Assembly: GCF_036321535.1 (NCBI RefSeq)
Contig: NC_087437.1
Coordinates: 108,254,001-108,318,000 of the forward strand
Direction: 5' to 3'
Length of the DNA: 64,000 bases
DNA from: Camelus dromedarius
Lineage: Eukaryota
The position numbers and the translations under genes are program-made. Below the pieces are notes generated by a model. That model saw nothing but the letters and a program-made list of their open reading frames with translations, was not told the DNA's origin and ran no database searches. Shown here piece by piece: positions 36,597 to 49,755 of this stretch. The number at the start of each line of letters is the position of its first letter. Positions within the stretch are counted from its first letter, which is position 1.

Positions 36597-36974
36597 ACTA
36601 ACCATGTATAATTGACAAGCTATTTGAGACTTACTGATCATAGATAAATATGAATAATATTATTTTAACTGAAAAGGACTATAGCTAGGTTTATACTTTC
36701 CAAACACGAAAGAGGGAAACAAATGAATTATATAAATATATCAAAAGGAAGACTATAAGGAAACAGCAAAGAAATTTTTAAAATCATAAAGCACATGGAC
36801 AGAATAACAAGCATATATGCTAGTAAAATAAATTTAAATAGAGTGGATGCATAACATCTGTTAAAAGAAAACAATAAGACAGCATGTATGTCTCTTCTCC
36901 TTTTGAAATCTCACTAAGAGAAGAATGAATTCCCAAGTAGAATTTAAAAGAAGCATAGGGATAAATTAAGAATT

Positions 36975-37178
36975 TAAGATTAACAGAAAACACACTACTA
37001 TGTTTAAAACAGGTAAACAACAGGACCTACTGTATAGCACAGGGCAATGTAGTCAATATCTTGTGAAAACCTATAATGGAAAAGAATCTGAAATAGAATA
37101 CATATATGTGTGTGTGTGCAACTGAATCATTTTGCTACACACCTGAAACTACACTTCATTCATAAATAAATAGATAAA
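36975..37178 (+). mobile_element. L1 3' end
   Basis: ggacctactgtatagcacagggc...caatatcttgtg...aatggaaaagaatctg plus an A-rich tail. Confidence 0.85.
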
Positions 37179-40100
37179 TGGAACGTAAACCTAGAAGAGT
37201 GAAGATAATGAAAGGAGTTTCCAAATAAATGAGAGATGTCAATTATCTAGAAGTCAGAACATATGAAGAAATGAGTAGATAAATGAAACGAGCAGAGATA
37301 ACCAGAGCCTGGAATCCGAGCGCTACAGAGGCTGTGGGAGCCTCTCTTGCTAACGGAATTTCTGAGGCACTGGACTCGCAGCTGACCAAGAGGGGCAGGA
37401 GAAGACTGAGCAGTGAGACTCAGATATTTAATATATGTTCTGCAACTGTATGCTTGAATACATTGTGCTTGTTAGAATATCTCTATATTCTATCGACTAG
37501 TGTGTTTAAAATAGCCCAAAATTATTTTTTTTTCATTTGATATCAAACATCGGAAGGAAGAGAGAAAGCAAGAAGTAAAGAAACATGAACCAAATATTCT
37601 ATGTTAGGAATCAATAACTATTTTTCAATTTTCTAAAGGGAACAATCAAGTATTATAGGTATTAACATATGAAGGGGGACACTTAGCATGAGCTTAGAGG
37701 GAGATTGACTTTTCTGACATGCTAATTGAGTGTTTTACTATATGTAACTTTTATATCCTTGGGGATAGGTTGGCAAAGGACTTCAAAGGAAAGAATAGAC
37801 TCAAAGGTGGAAGACACACTTTTTCAAAGGAGGGGGTTTCTGTCATCTATGACTTTGTGTGTGACCTGATTTTCCTTTCTTAAAATGTCTACTTCTGATC
37901 GGCCTATTTGTTATGCCTGCACTTTCCCATCCCAGGTCTCTAGATATCTTGGCATCTTTAAGCACATTGCCGTACAGACACTTACAACTCCAACACTCAT
38001 AGAAGAAATAAGTTTAAGACCAATTACTAATGAATTATTACTGATGCAATTGTAGTTATGGTGTGAGGTCATCCCACATATTCCATTACTATTCTAATAC
38101 TTGAAAACAAAACCCTTTTACACCGTGAATTAATTCATATAATGTAATGTTGGTATTATTTTTATGCAAATGTTGGGAAACAGGAATTGATTTTCATGGG
38201 TAATTAAAATTTGAAAGGTAGAAACACATTCAGCAGCATAAAGACCGTAGAAAATGAATTTCTCTAGAAAAACTATAGAAACACTGGGTGAAATTTTCTC
38301 AATCAATATTTTCACAACTTTGGAAGTCAGCCAAAGGTTTTCAGTCATCTTTCGTGTGCTTGTGAGGAAAGATGGATCTCAGTAAGAGCAGCTGAAATGT
38401 GTGGTGTTGCTACCTTGCCCTGGTTCCACCCCCGCCATATTCCTGTAGCTCCGCAACAGCCTTGAAAACCAGCAGCCTCACAGCCAGCACAGCCGTAAAA
38501 GTCAGGACTCTACCAGCCACTGCTGGCTGGTCTATGTCCCCACAGATACCGTGTGATCTTGATGACTATAGGATTATGCTGACGCTTTGAAATCAGGGAG
38601 GCTGATTCCTCTCACTTTGTTCTTTCTAAAAATTATTCAAGCTATTTCAACTCTTTTGCCTTTCCATGGAAATGTTAGAATAATCTTGTCTATGTCTATA
38701 AGAAGTCTCACTGATATTTTGATAGAAATTGCATTAAACTCGTACATCAACCTGGGGAGAACTGACATCTTTATCGTGTTGAGTCTTCCAATCCGTGAAC
38801 GCATGAATCTGTGAATCCATTAAGTGGAGGACGTCTCTCCATGTATTTAGATGGTCATTGCTTGCTCTTATCAATGTTTTATTGTTTTTGGCATACAAAT
38901 CCTGTAGGTGTTTTGGTCAATTTACAACTTAATATTTCATTTCTTTTTTTTTTTTTTTTTGAGCTATTGTTAACAGCTATACACTGGAATTTGGCACTGC
39001 ATTTTTAATTCATGTATTCATTGCTATCATCCTGAAATAGAATTTATTTTGTATGTTTATTTTGTATTCTGTGACCTTGCTGAACTCATTTATTAGTTCT
39101 AGGAGTTTTGCTGGGTAGGGGTGGTTATAGATTCTTTGGGATTTTCTATGTAGACCATCACGTCACTTGCAAATAGGGACAGTTTTAGTTCTTCTTTTCC
39201 TTTCTACATTCCTTTTATTCCCTTTATTTGCCTTGTATTGTTCTATCTAGGCCTTCCAACACTATATAGAATATCTTTGCCTAGTTTCTAATCTTGGGAG
39301 CAAAGCATTCAGCCTTTACAATTAAATGTGATGGTAGATGGAAGTGATTTGTAGATGTTCTTTAGCACGTTTATAGTTTCCTTCATTCGTATTTTTTCTG
39401 AAAGTTATTATCATGATTGAGTGTTGAACTTTGCCAAATTCTTTTACTACATTAATGATATAAACTTGTGATTTTTCTTCTTTGGTCTAATAATATAGTG
39501 GATTTCATTGACTTGTTTTCAAACATTAAATGAGCCTCCCAGCACAGGAATAAGCCCCACTTAGTTATGATGTACAATTCTTTTCCTATATTGCCGAATT
39601 ATACTTAATGATATTTTGATAAAGATTTTTACATCCATGTTTATGAGAGATTATTGGTCTGTAATTTTGTTGTTGCTGTTCTCTTTGTTTTTGGTATCAG
39701 GGAACATAAATGTCATAAAACAAATTAAGAAATGTTTACGTCTCTCTTCTGGAGAAATTGGGTAGATGTGGTGTTAATTCCTTAAACATTTTGTAGAATT
39801 CTCTGGGAAACCATTTGTGCTTGTAGATTTCTCCTTTTTAGGAGTTTAGTTGCAAATTTGACTGAGTTACAATTAACTTTCCTTAATAGTTATAGGGACG
39901 CTCAAATGATCTGTTACCTATAGGTGTGTTGTAACCATCTGGGCTCTTTGAGAAATTGATCCATTTCATCTAAGTTGACAAGTTTATGTAAGTAAAGTTC
40001 TTGGTAGCATTGTCTTATTATCTTTTTGGTGTCTGCAGGGTTAGTACTGAGACGGTTGTTTCATTCCTCACGATTGACGATTTATGTCTTCTCTCTTTTT

Positions 40101-40497
40101 GTTCCTTGGTAAGTCTTGGTAGAGATTTATCAATTGTATTGATTTTTTCAAAGAACCAATGTTTGCTTTATTACTTTTCTGTTTTTAATTCATTGATTTA
40201 TACTTTTACCTTTATTATTTTCTTCCTTATGCTTATTTGGGTTTCTTTTGCTCTTCATTTCCTGCATTTCTGAGGTGAGAATTTAGATTATTATGAGATT
40301 TTCCTCTCTTCTAACGTGTATATTAGTGTCATAATTTTTCTTTCCAGCACTAATTTAGCTGTGCATCACAAAATTTGATATATTTTTATTTTTATTTCAT
40401 TTTTGGTCTTTTTTTTTTTCTTGATACTTCCCCCTTAACTCATTGATTATTTAGAAATGCACTGTCTAGTTTCCAAGTATTTGGAGATTTCTCCCAT

Positions 40498-41013
40498 TTT
40501 AAGTGAGAAAAAGAAGTCTGACTCCATATTAGATCTGTTTCTTTGGTTCTAATCCTGTGCTATTTCCTGTGGTTAGTTATAGTGGTTTAGCAACTTTTGT
40601 AAAAGAATTTTGCCTATAGCCTGAAATATGCAGGATAGCCATTCTCAAGGCTCTGATCTTTAAAGGCATAACACTTTCCCATTCATATGGAGATAAAAAG
40701 TTGCAGAACAGAGAACAACATTTGTCCTGTTGGAGGTTTACAGGAATATCATGACCTGACCTAAGTGGACAGCTGCAAAAACAAAGGATTCCAACCCCAA
40801 GAAGTTTGCAATAACCAACCACACTCCCTCCCCCTTTTAGAATAAAAGGAGCCTGAATACTGACTTTGGTGAAACAGTTCTCTAGGATATTAGTCTCCCA
40901 TCTTTTCTGCCTATGGCTTTTTGAATAAAGTTGTTATTTCTTGCCCCCAAACCTCATCTCCCAGTTTATTGGACTTTCGTGAAGCAAGTAGCATGAGTTT
41001 GGACTTGGTAACA
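40498..41013 (+). mobile_element. ERV1-class solo LTR inserted in L1
   Basis: gtctgactccatattagatctg near the 5' end; AATAAA near 40925; ends ...ggtaaca. Near-TSD CCAT/CCTT. Confidence 0.75.
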
Positions 41014-42176
41014 CCTTTATTGGTTTTTAATTTGATTCCATTGTGATCAGAGAACACAGTTTGTATGATTTTAATTCTTTTAAATTTGTCCAGGTTTGCT
41101 TATATCAGGATATTACCTATCTTGATATATGTTCCAGGGACACTTATAACAAATACTTATTCTCCTGTTGTGGAGAAATGTTTTGTAAATGTCAACTAGA
41201 TCTTAAAAGATAATGTTGAATTCTTCTATACCCTTGTTGATTTTCTGTCTAGGTGGTCTATCAAGTGTTGAGAGAAGGGTGTTGAAGTCTCCAAAAATAT
41301 TATGAACGTGTCTACTTATCTTTTCAGTCCCCTCATCTTTTGTTTCACATATTTTGCACTTCTATTGTTTGAAGCATACACATTTAGGATTGCTATGACT
41401 TCTTGGTGTATTCACTCTTTCATCATTATATAATGCCCTTCTCTCTGCCTCTGGCGATTTTCTTTGTCCTGAAAACTACTTTATATGATAATGCTATATA
41501 GCCAGTCCTGCTTTCTTTTGATTAATGTTTGCAAGACATATATGTTCCATTCTTGTACTTTTACCCTCCTTGTATTCTTATATTTGAAGTAAATATTTTA
41601 TGGACAGACTATAGCTTGGTCATGTTTTCTAATTTACCCTATGAATCTCTGTTTTTAAATTGGTATACTTAACGTAATTACTAATATGTTGGATTTTATG
41701 TCTGCCCTCCAGATCTTATTTTGTTTTCTGCCTGTTTATTGTTGCCTACCTTCCCATGGGTAATGTGACAATTTTTTTTAGATTTTCCTTTCGATTTATC
41801 TATCAGGATTTTTAATACACATACTTGCATAGTTTTATTAGTGGCTGCTCTAGGTGTTACATTGTATACTCACATAACATGTCACTTCTGCTAATGTTGA
41901 AAGTTTTCCAGTTCAAGTGAAATGTTGAAGCTTTATCTCCCTTTACATCGCTCTTCTCTCTCCTATTTATAACATAATTGTCTTCACTATTTCCTATATA
42001 TTTAGAAAAGCATCAGCCAGTGTTACAATTTTGCCTCAATCATCACTCATGATGTAGAAAACTCTAGAGAAGTAAAGTATACTTTGTTTACCCATATTTT
42101 TGCTTGTAACATGCTCTGTCTTCCTTCCTGACATCCCAAGTTTCCTTCTTTTATCATTTTCTTTTCTTTTAGAGAA

Positions 42177-42598
42177 TACTATGGACTGAAATCCCTCCTT
42201 CCAAAATTCATATATTGTGAACTTGACCCACAATGTGGGGTGTAATTGACGATAAGTGAGATCATTAAGAGTGGGGCCCTGATATGATAGGATTCGTGGA
42301 CTTAAGAGAAGAGACACCAGAAAGCTAACACTCACTTGCTTTATCCCTACCTGTCTGTTCAATCCTCAGTACCTCTGTCTCTCTCTGTTTCTTCTCTCGT
42401 TTTTTCCAATGAAAACAGGTCATATGAGCACACAGTGAGATGCAGCCACCTTCTACAAGCTGGGAAGAGAGAACTCACCATAAATTGACAATGCTACACT
42501 TTGATCTCACACTTCAAACCCCAGAAATATGAGAAAATAAATGTTGTTTAAGTCACCCTGTCTACGGTATTTTTGTTATGGCAGCCCAAACTAATACA
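42177..42598 (+). mobile_element. MaLR solo LTR (MLT1A/B-like) inserted in L1
   Basis: tactatggactgaa...; tgtttaagtcaccctgtctacggtatttttgttatggcagccc...taataca. Near-TSD GAGAA/GAGAG. Confidence 0.82.
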
Positions 42599-43347
42599 GA
42601 GAGCTTCATTTAGGCATTCTTTTAAGGTAGGTCTGCTGGTGATAAAGTATCTTAATTTGCCTTCCTTGGAAAATGTCGGAAGTTTTTGTACATTCCTGAT
42701 AAGAATGTTCATTGTATATAGAATTCTATGTTGACATTTATTTTCTTTCAGCACTTAAAAAAAACTCTGTGCCATTGATTTCTGATAAGAAATGTAAAGT
42801 TATTCAAACTTCTTTCTCTTATAGGTAAGATATCAGTTCTCCTTAGCTGCTCCTAAGATTTCTATTTGCCTTTAGTCTTCAGAAATTTGATGATAATATG
42901 TCTTGCTGTGGACTTTTCAGAGTTTATCCTGTTTGGATTTTCTTAACTTCTTGAATCTGTACATTGATTTTTTTTTTTTTTTTGCCAAATCTGTGAATTT
43001 TTCAGTTATTGTTTCTTTAAATTTCTTTTAGTCCCACCTTCTTTCTTCTCTCCTGCTAAGACTCTGATGACATGAGTGTTTAATCTTTTCTATAATCCTA
43101 GATTGGGAAATTTCTGTTGCTCAATTTTGTCCATTCGTTGATGTTTTTGAGTGCTTTTTTTTTTTTTTTTTTGAGGGAAGAGTATTCTATTATTTAGTTT
43201 TAAATTTTTCATTTGGCTCCACTTTGTATCTTCTATTTCTTTGATGATACTTTTTCCTTCTTATTTTCAGTGTGTTTGTAATTGCTTGCCAAATCATTTT
43301 TAGGATGACTATATTACAATTTTGTCAGATAATTCTAGTATTTTTCA

Positions 43348-43488
43348 GGGGGAGGGTATTGCTCAGTGGTAGAGTGTGTGCTTAGCAGGCATGAGGTCCT
43401 GGGTTCAATCCTCAGTACCTCTGTTCAAATAAATAAATAAATAAATAAATAAATCGAATTACCTCTCCCCCCAAAAAATTATTTTTAA
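43348..43488 (+). mobile_element. tRNA-derived SINE (camelid Vic-1-like)
   Basis: GGGGGAGGGTATTGCTCAGTGGTAGAG...GGGTTCAATCCTCAGTACCTC with (AAAT)n. TSD AATTCTAGTATTTTTCA / AATTGTAGTATTTTCA. Confidence 0.92.
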
Positions 43489-46054
43489 AAATTGTAGTAT
43501 TTTCATTGTCTTAGTGTTGGCATCTATTTATCATCTTTTTTGTTCAGTTAGTGATGTTCCTGTTTCCTGACAATGAGTGATATTCTATTAAATCTAAACA
43601 GTTTCAGCATTGTGTTATGAGACTCTGGGCCTTCTTTAAGCCTGTTTTATGGCTGTCTCTGAAGGAACAGGAGGTAATGCCTCCTTGTTACTGCCAGGGG
43701 GAGTTGGAAGTCCAAGACCTTACCCTCCATTATCACCCAAGTGGGAGAGGAGTTCCTTGTTACTGTTGGATGAGTGTGGGAGTTCCACCTCCCCTCTAGA
43801 TGTCTGCTGATACTCTGGCTGGGAAGACAAGTGTGTTTTATTACGGCTTCTCATGAGGCCCCCACTGACACCACTGAGAGGGTAACAGGGGAACAGTGAA
43901 CGTTCTGACTCTCCTCTAGGAAGGAAGTGGAGAAATTCTTATTTCCAGGTGGAGATGGAAGCCCAACATCCCCAAGTGGTCTCCACTGATGCCACAGGAC
44001 AAGTAAGAGTGAGTCATCACCTTTAGTGGGGAATAAATCTACAACTTTCTATTTCATCTTCTCTGACACCACCTTAGAGTTTGAGGTAACTCTCTACAAC
44101 CTAACAAGAGTAGAAATCTAGTCTCCCCACTTGGCCTTTGCTGCCTGGGGTTGGGGTAAAGCCAAAATTTTTTCTGTGGTGTTTAGCCAGAGTATGCCTG
44201 TTATTATCTAAAAGTTTTCTTTCTTGCAAGTCTGCCCTTTTCCTGGTCTTTTGGCTAGAGAGAGCAGGCTTTTGTTGGGAAATTTTGTTTCCACATAACT
44301 GTTGTCATTTCTGGGTTTCCAGCTTCTTCAGCTCCAAGTTGAAGATATGTAAGGCAAAAAGAAAATACAAGAACACATCACCATGTTGTTATTCAGGCCT
44401 AAAGATTCCTAGCTAGTCTTCCTTCTTCTCTTCATCTTTCAAATTCTTCTTATACTTGTTTTATGTGTAATGTCCAGGGCTTTCAGTTGTACTTTGTAGG
44501 AGTACATCTACGCTATCTTTCCAGAAGCAAAACTCTTAAGAGAGATTGATTTTTAAAATCACACTGGGAGGAAACTTGATCAAGTACATACACAGTTATG
44601 CATACATGACTTAAAATAAGGGCCTTGAGACAAGGAAATGACCCATATAAGGGCAAATAGAATGCAATGATTTTGCTTAGGCAATAAGGATCAAACCACA
44701 GAGAAGATGAAGGCTTACTAACTCAGCATGAGCTACACTGGTTATAGAGAATAGATTTACCTGACTGTTACAGTCAAGATTCTGGAGCCCAGAGAGGGCA
44801 AAACCACACAATTAGTATCTCTTCCAGAAGTCCATCATGAGCAGGGATAATCAGATTCCTGGTGGCCACCTGCTTAATACTGGTTTTATAACCTCAACAG
44901 AATTTCACACTAGGTTGTTTGGTGCAAATTTATTTCTTGGCACCTGTTTCATGAGCTTCCCTCTTTGCTTCTGGATGTTCAGCCAGTAAGAAGGATCCAT
45001 TTCTTTAATTTTGAAGATAGAGAAATATAGGAAGCCAAAATCAATCTAGGGGCTCCTTGTAGAGATGGACATGAAATTTCAGAATAAACAAAATCATCAT
45101 TGTGTTATGAACTCTCTTAAATTTCCTTAATGTTTCACATTTCTGAGCTCCTTTGGATAATCTGGTAATGGTGTGCAATGTTATGGTGCCTGGTTCATAG
45201 CAAAAGCACGCCATGGATAAAGACTTTGAAAGAATTTATTCAGGTAATAGATACTCCTTTGTAATGAGGAACAGATTTAATGGAATGATGACTTGTTCCC
45301 ACACAACAATCTGAATATTAGACTTTGAAGCTAAGTTCTCCCTAGTCTAGCCATAAAGTGGAGAAGTTTTATTTATTTGTTTGTTTTTTAAGTAGAAGGA
45401 GACAGAACATATTAACATATAACTTCTTACCCTAAGAATGTGAAACCCTACCTTCCTGACAAAAAAATCTGTCCACTAATTAAAAAGGACTGAGTTGGCA
45501 TTCTTAAAGTGTCTCTTTGCTTATTGAACACTTGCTTTGAGTGAGAAGCCAAAAGCACATGGCTATTTTTCTTTCAGGATTGCATTCAATAAGCATCACT
45601 GGAATTTCACAATGTTGAGGAAGGTCCTTTAGGAGAGAAAATGAGATGCCGCTTTCCGTTTTCTAAACCACAGAGAGCTGAGGAAGGGACTCTGAAACAA
45701 TAACCCAGAGAGTCAGTACTGGTGACAAAGGGACCAGAAAAACAGCCAAATCCTGTACAATAAGGCCAAAATATTTTTTAAATAGCTTCCAATGCTAAAA
45801 TGGGTCATGTCAAATGTCTAGAAATGCTTTCAGTAACTATCTTTATTGGTAACTTTTATGTGGCTCTATTCATGTGTCATAGGACTGAACCAGAGCAGAG
45901 AAATCCACATGGAGTATGGCCCTGAAGCAATATTATGTGGTTTCAAAACTGCAGCTGTAGGACAAGGAAATCCACTTGATGTTTCCATTAGTGTATTATT
46001 CAAGTTCAGTCCATTGGTAAGCATTTCAAATTGGGAAATGCCAATATGCTGTAG

Positions 46055-46230
46055 TGGTAGGGGACTGGACCAGAAGTCGAAAATCTGAATCTGAGTCCTC
46101 ATGGCCACTGATGACACAACATTTTTCCTGAGTCTTTCCTTGTTTGTAAATTGGAAAAATAATAATAGCTGTTCTGAAAACCTCACTGGGTAGCTCCAAG
46201 TAACAAAAAATAAAACTATTTACGAAGGGC
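46055..46230 (+). mobile_element. MIR fragment
   Basis: ggactggaccagaagtcgaaaatctgaatctgagtcc...ctttccttgtttgtaaattgga. Confidence 0.5.
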
Positions 46231-46479
46231 AGTTCATACCAAAGCAGTCATGAAACCCTTAGACAGCAGAACTCCAAGTGGCTGTAGCTGGACACTAAAC
46301 CAGCACCAAGAAGAGATGTTTGTTGGTGCAGGTGCTGGAAAACAGCATGTGAAATTGTATCTGAACAGGAGCTAAATTTCTTCAGGCAGCATTCAGTTAG
46401 AAAGCTGTTCTCCTTAAAACACTCAGGAACATCCAGGTATGTGCACACTCAGACATACACACAAACACATACACAAACT

Positions 46480-46615
46480 GGTCCAATAATTATTAAATAC
46501 TATCCAAATGTCTTCTCTGTGTCAGCTGTTGTGCTTAGGGATGAAGGGATAAACAATTCCAATGCAGTCTTTCCTTTCACAGTACACACAGTATGGTGAG
46601 GAAGACAGACAAATT
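46480..46615 (-). mobile_element. L2 3' end fragment
   Basis: ctgtgtcagctgttgtgcttagggatg...cacagtatggtgaggaagacagacaa. Confidence 0.45.
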
Positions 46616-46889
46616 CCACTCTAATTTACAAAAATATGCAATAACAACATGACAAGTTGCAGAAATTAGACTACACTGTTATGAATATTATTCATTATTT
46701 TAACATACATATATTAGTATATATGTATACTGATTTTTAAAATTTTTAACAAGTTTAAAATATTCTTCTTTCATTTCCTAACATAAAGTATACATAATTA
46801 ACAGTTGTCAAACTTGTATTTCAATATATATTGGTATCCAATAGAAAATGTGAAATCTAGAAAAGGAAAGAGCATTATCCAAAGATGAC

Positions 46890-47691
46890 CAAAGGGATTT
46901 TGTGTTCCTTCATGAGATGGTTCACATGTGTTCAGCTGTACGTGAGAAACATGATTTTTCTATGTCTTTATTTGGAAGTTAAAAGATTTCAAGTTGAATG
47001 TCGAGTTGACAAGGGGAAGTCTATGAATGAATGTTAAGTTGACAAGAGGAGGATCATGGTACTTTTCTATGGTGTCAACTTAGTTAAGCTAGAACTAGGT
47101 CTTCCAGAGTTCAGTTTTCTACATATTTCTGGATTAAGGAAGGCCAAAAGAGAAATTGCGTAAGATTTGGATGGTGGAAGCCAAGTAGTGGCTGTTAATC
47201 TCTGAAGGTCACTGGCAGGCCCCAGGTGCCCCTGCAGCTCACGCGCATTGTCATGCTCTGCTGCATCGCCTGCTGGGGTGCAGAGGCAGCCAGACCCACA
47301 GCTCTTTCAGATCCTGCCAGACCTCTACCCTTAGGTTCAGGTATATGTGTTGCCCCCAGGTGAAGGGTATCTGTTCCTACTGTAAGACACTCATCATCCA
47401 AATTGGAGGAGGTGAGACTCAAGCACTGGTTCCAGTTTTTCCTTGTGGATTACAGTTTGTTCTCATGGGTTCCATTTGTTCTTGCTCTCTCTCCTACTCC
47501 ATACCCAGCTTTTTTCCTATCAGCCTTACAGACCTATGACAACTTCAGGTCCACCACCAGATACAATGGCAACAGTCTTCAGTAGAATCCTTTGGCAGCT
47601 CCCACAGTTATGCGTGATCCGATCGCAACAATATATTCTTTTCTTTTCTCTATGGTGGCTCTGCTTCTCTGATTGAACCTTAACTGATACA
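46890..47691 (+). mobile_element. ERVL internal 3' end + LTR41-like 3' LTR (LTR 47055-47691)
   Basis: tgtctttatttggaagttaa...gttgacaagggg (PPT region); LTR atggtgtcaacttagttaagctagaacta...gattgaaccttaactgataca. Confidence 0.7.
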
Positions 47692-48809
47692 ATATACTGG
47701 CAGCAAAATGAGGTCAAAAAATAAAGACAACATTAGATCAATAAAACAGTGAATTCAACAATCCAGAAACTTGTGATTGTTGACCCAAGATGATAGTTGT
47801 GGAAATCAGAAAGTAACCGGTTCAGACAGATCATAAGGATGTGGACTTCGGCAAAGAAGCCTCCAGGCAAAAGAACTCTGTAGAAGAGATAGCATGACTG
47901 AGAGAAGAGATAAAATCAAGGGTCTGATCAAAATCTGAAATAAAAGGAAACTTAAAAAACAGAAATCAATCCAAAGCTCCAAGTAAAACAAACATCTGTA
48001 TAAGCAGTTATGGTCCACATATCAAGTTACTGGTCCAAATTGAAACGTGAGGCCAGTGGCCTTCTGGAGGAAAAATGGAATGGATTTTTAAGCAAGAGTT
48101 AGAATGAGCAAAAAGCTAGGTGATATTAGGGACATAACAAAGAAAACATATGTTTCTTTTTTCTAACAAAAAAAATAAAAATAAAAGCATTTAGAAGCTC
48201 CAGATCACACCAAAAAAGCATAGTGAAAATATGAAAGAAACTAAAATGGGTCATGATTTTGAGCATTTAGAACTCAGTGAGAAATGAGAATTGATTTGAA
48301 TATTCTCTGAGCAGTATCAGTGAGATTGTGTCAATGGCACTGTAAGAAATGAGACATAATTATATCATATCACTTGACTGTTGTAAAGGTTATTTACATA
48401 CATGCCAATTTAATTGCAATTTATGTTGTTCGACTTTTAGAATCAACCTAAATAATTCTCAGATGACTAAATTCTTAATACCAAACAGAATATAAATGGA
48501 CTCACCATTGAGGAAATAAAAGCCATAATATATCACTATGATAGTTTATAATATATTATCTTGACAAATATATTAACAAAGTCACAGAAAAAAGAGTAAG
48601 AACACCATGTGATGTGCTTCACTCGCTACAAACTTTTGAGAAAATGACATCACAATAAAATATAGGATGATGCTTTGCTGCGAGAAGCATGGGCTGGAGT
48701 TAAGAAAATTACCCTACATCATTGTAGTCTACCCCATAACAATTTAACATATAGTATAAAGCACTGATTTTCCACATTCCTTGAACACTTGGATTTCTTT
48801 GAAGGTGAT

Positions 48810-49202
48810 TGTTACAGATTGAATGTATCCTCCCAAAATTCGTATCTTAAAGACAAACCCAAAGAGGTTGTATTTGGAGATGGGGCCTCTAAAGAAGTAA
48901 TTGAAGTTAAATGAAGTCATTAGGATGGGGCTGTATCCTGATAGGACAAGTGTCCTTAAAGAAGAGACACCAGAGACCTCTCTCTCACTGTCCACGTGCA
49001 AAAGCACTGAGGAAAGGCCATGTGAGGACCTAGCATGGCAGCCACCTACAACCAGGAAGAGAGTTCTCCCAGACACATGTTGGTCAGAACCTTGACCTTG
49101 GGCTTCTAGCCTCAAGAACTGTGAGAAAATAAATGTATGTTGTTGAAGCCACTCAGGGTATATTTTGTTCTGGCGGCCCGAGGTATGACAAAGACCAATA
49201 CA
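48810..49202 (+). mobile_element. MaLR solo LTR (MLT1A/B-like)
   Basis: tgttacagattgaatgtatcc...tatttggagatggggcctctaaagaag...aagaactgtgagaaaataaatg. Confidence 0.82.
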
Positions 49203-49454
49203 ATGTTGAAAAGGTGAACAGAAGCTAACTGTCCCACGTTTCCAGTTTAATCATGTTACCTCCATGTTTATTTGATATTTATTTGTTCTTTATTATGTTT
49301 CATATTAGAGTTTTCCCGATGAAAGGAAAGAGTTCTTCTAATCCACCAAGAGAGCATCTCTGAAGAAATGGAATGTCAAAAGCATTTAAACGCAAAATAA
49401 TTTCTGGTTCCTATTCTCAACTCCTAATGATTTTCTTTCATTTTGTCATTTTTT

Positions 49455-49755
49455 ACATTGATATTTTATTTTTAAATAACGTCAAAGTTGCAGAAAAGTT
49501 GTTAAAAATTTACAAAGATCTCCCTTATGTTCTCTAGCCGTATTCAACAACAAATATTTTGCCAGACTGCTCACTCAGGTTGTCTCTTTCTCCCCTCCTC
49601 CTTTCTTCTCTCTTCACTTATGTATGTAAGTAATATAATAATATATACATAGAAATCTAAACCTTAAGGGTTAAACTGCAGATATCACACGTCCTCATTT
49701 CCTGAATATTTTAGCATATATTTCCCAAGAATGAGGGCATTCTCTTGTATACTTG
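49455..49755 (-). mobile_element. Old L1 (L1MC-like) 3' end
   Basis: ttgcagaaaagttg...; aatattttagcatatatttcccaagaatgagggcattctctt. Confidence 0.55.

Larger units (their letters stand above)
38530..44537 (-). mobile_element. Ancient L1 (L1MC/MD-like), 5' end through ORF1 and much of ORF2, with three nested insertions
   Basis: Antisense ORF2 (ggggagaactgacatctt...gagtcttccaatcc). ORF1-like ORF 42548-42754 (LKENKCQHRILY...FITSRPTLKECL). L1M-type 5' terminus at ...ctatctttccagaagcaaaactc. Confidence 0.85.

Noticed and set aside
42808..42830. Second AG|GTAAG motif (TCTTTCTCTTATAGGTAAGA)
   Set aside because: Lies within antisense L1 ORF1 sequence, so the repeat likely explains it.
43348..43420. 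tRNA-like sequence as a real tRNA gene
   Set aside because: Has an A-rich tail, TSDs and dispersed diverged copies, so it is a SINE.
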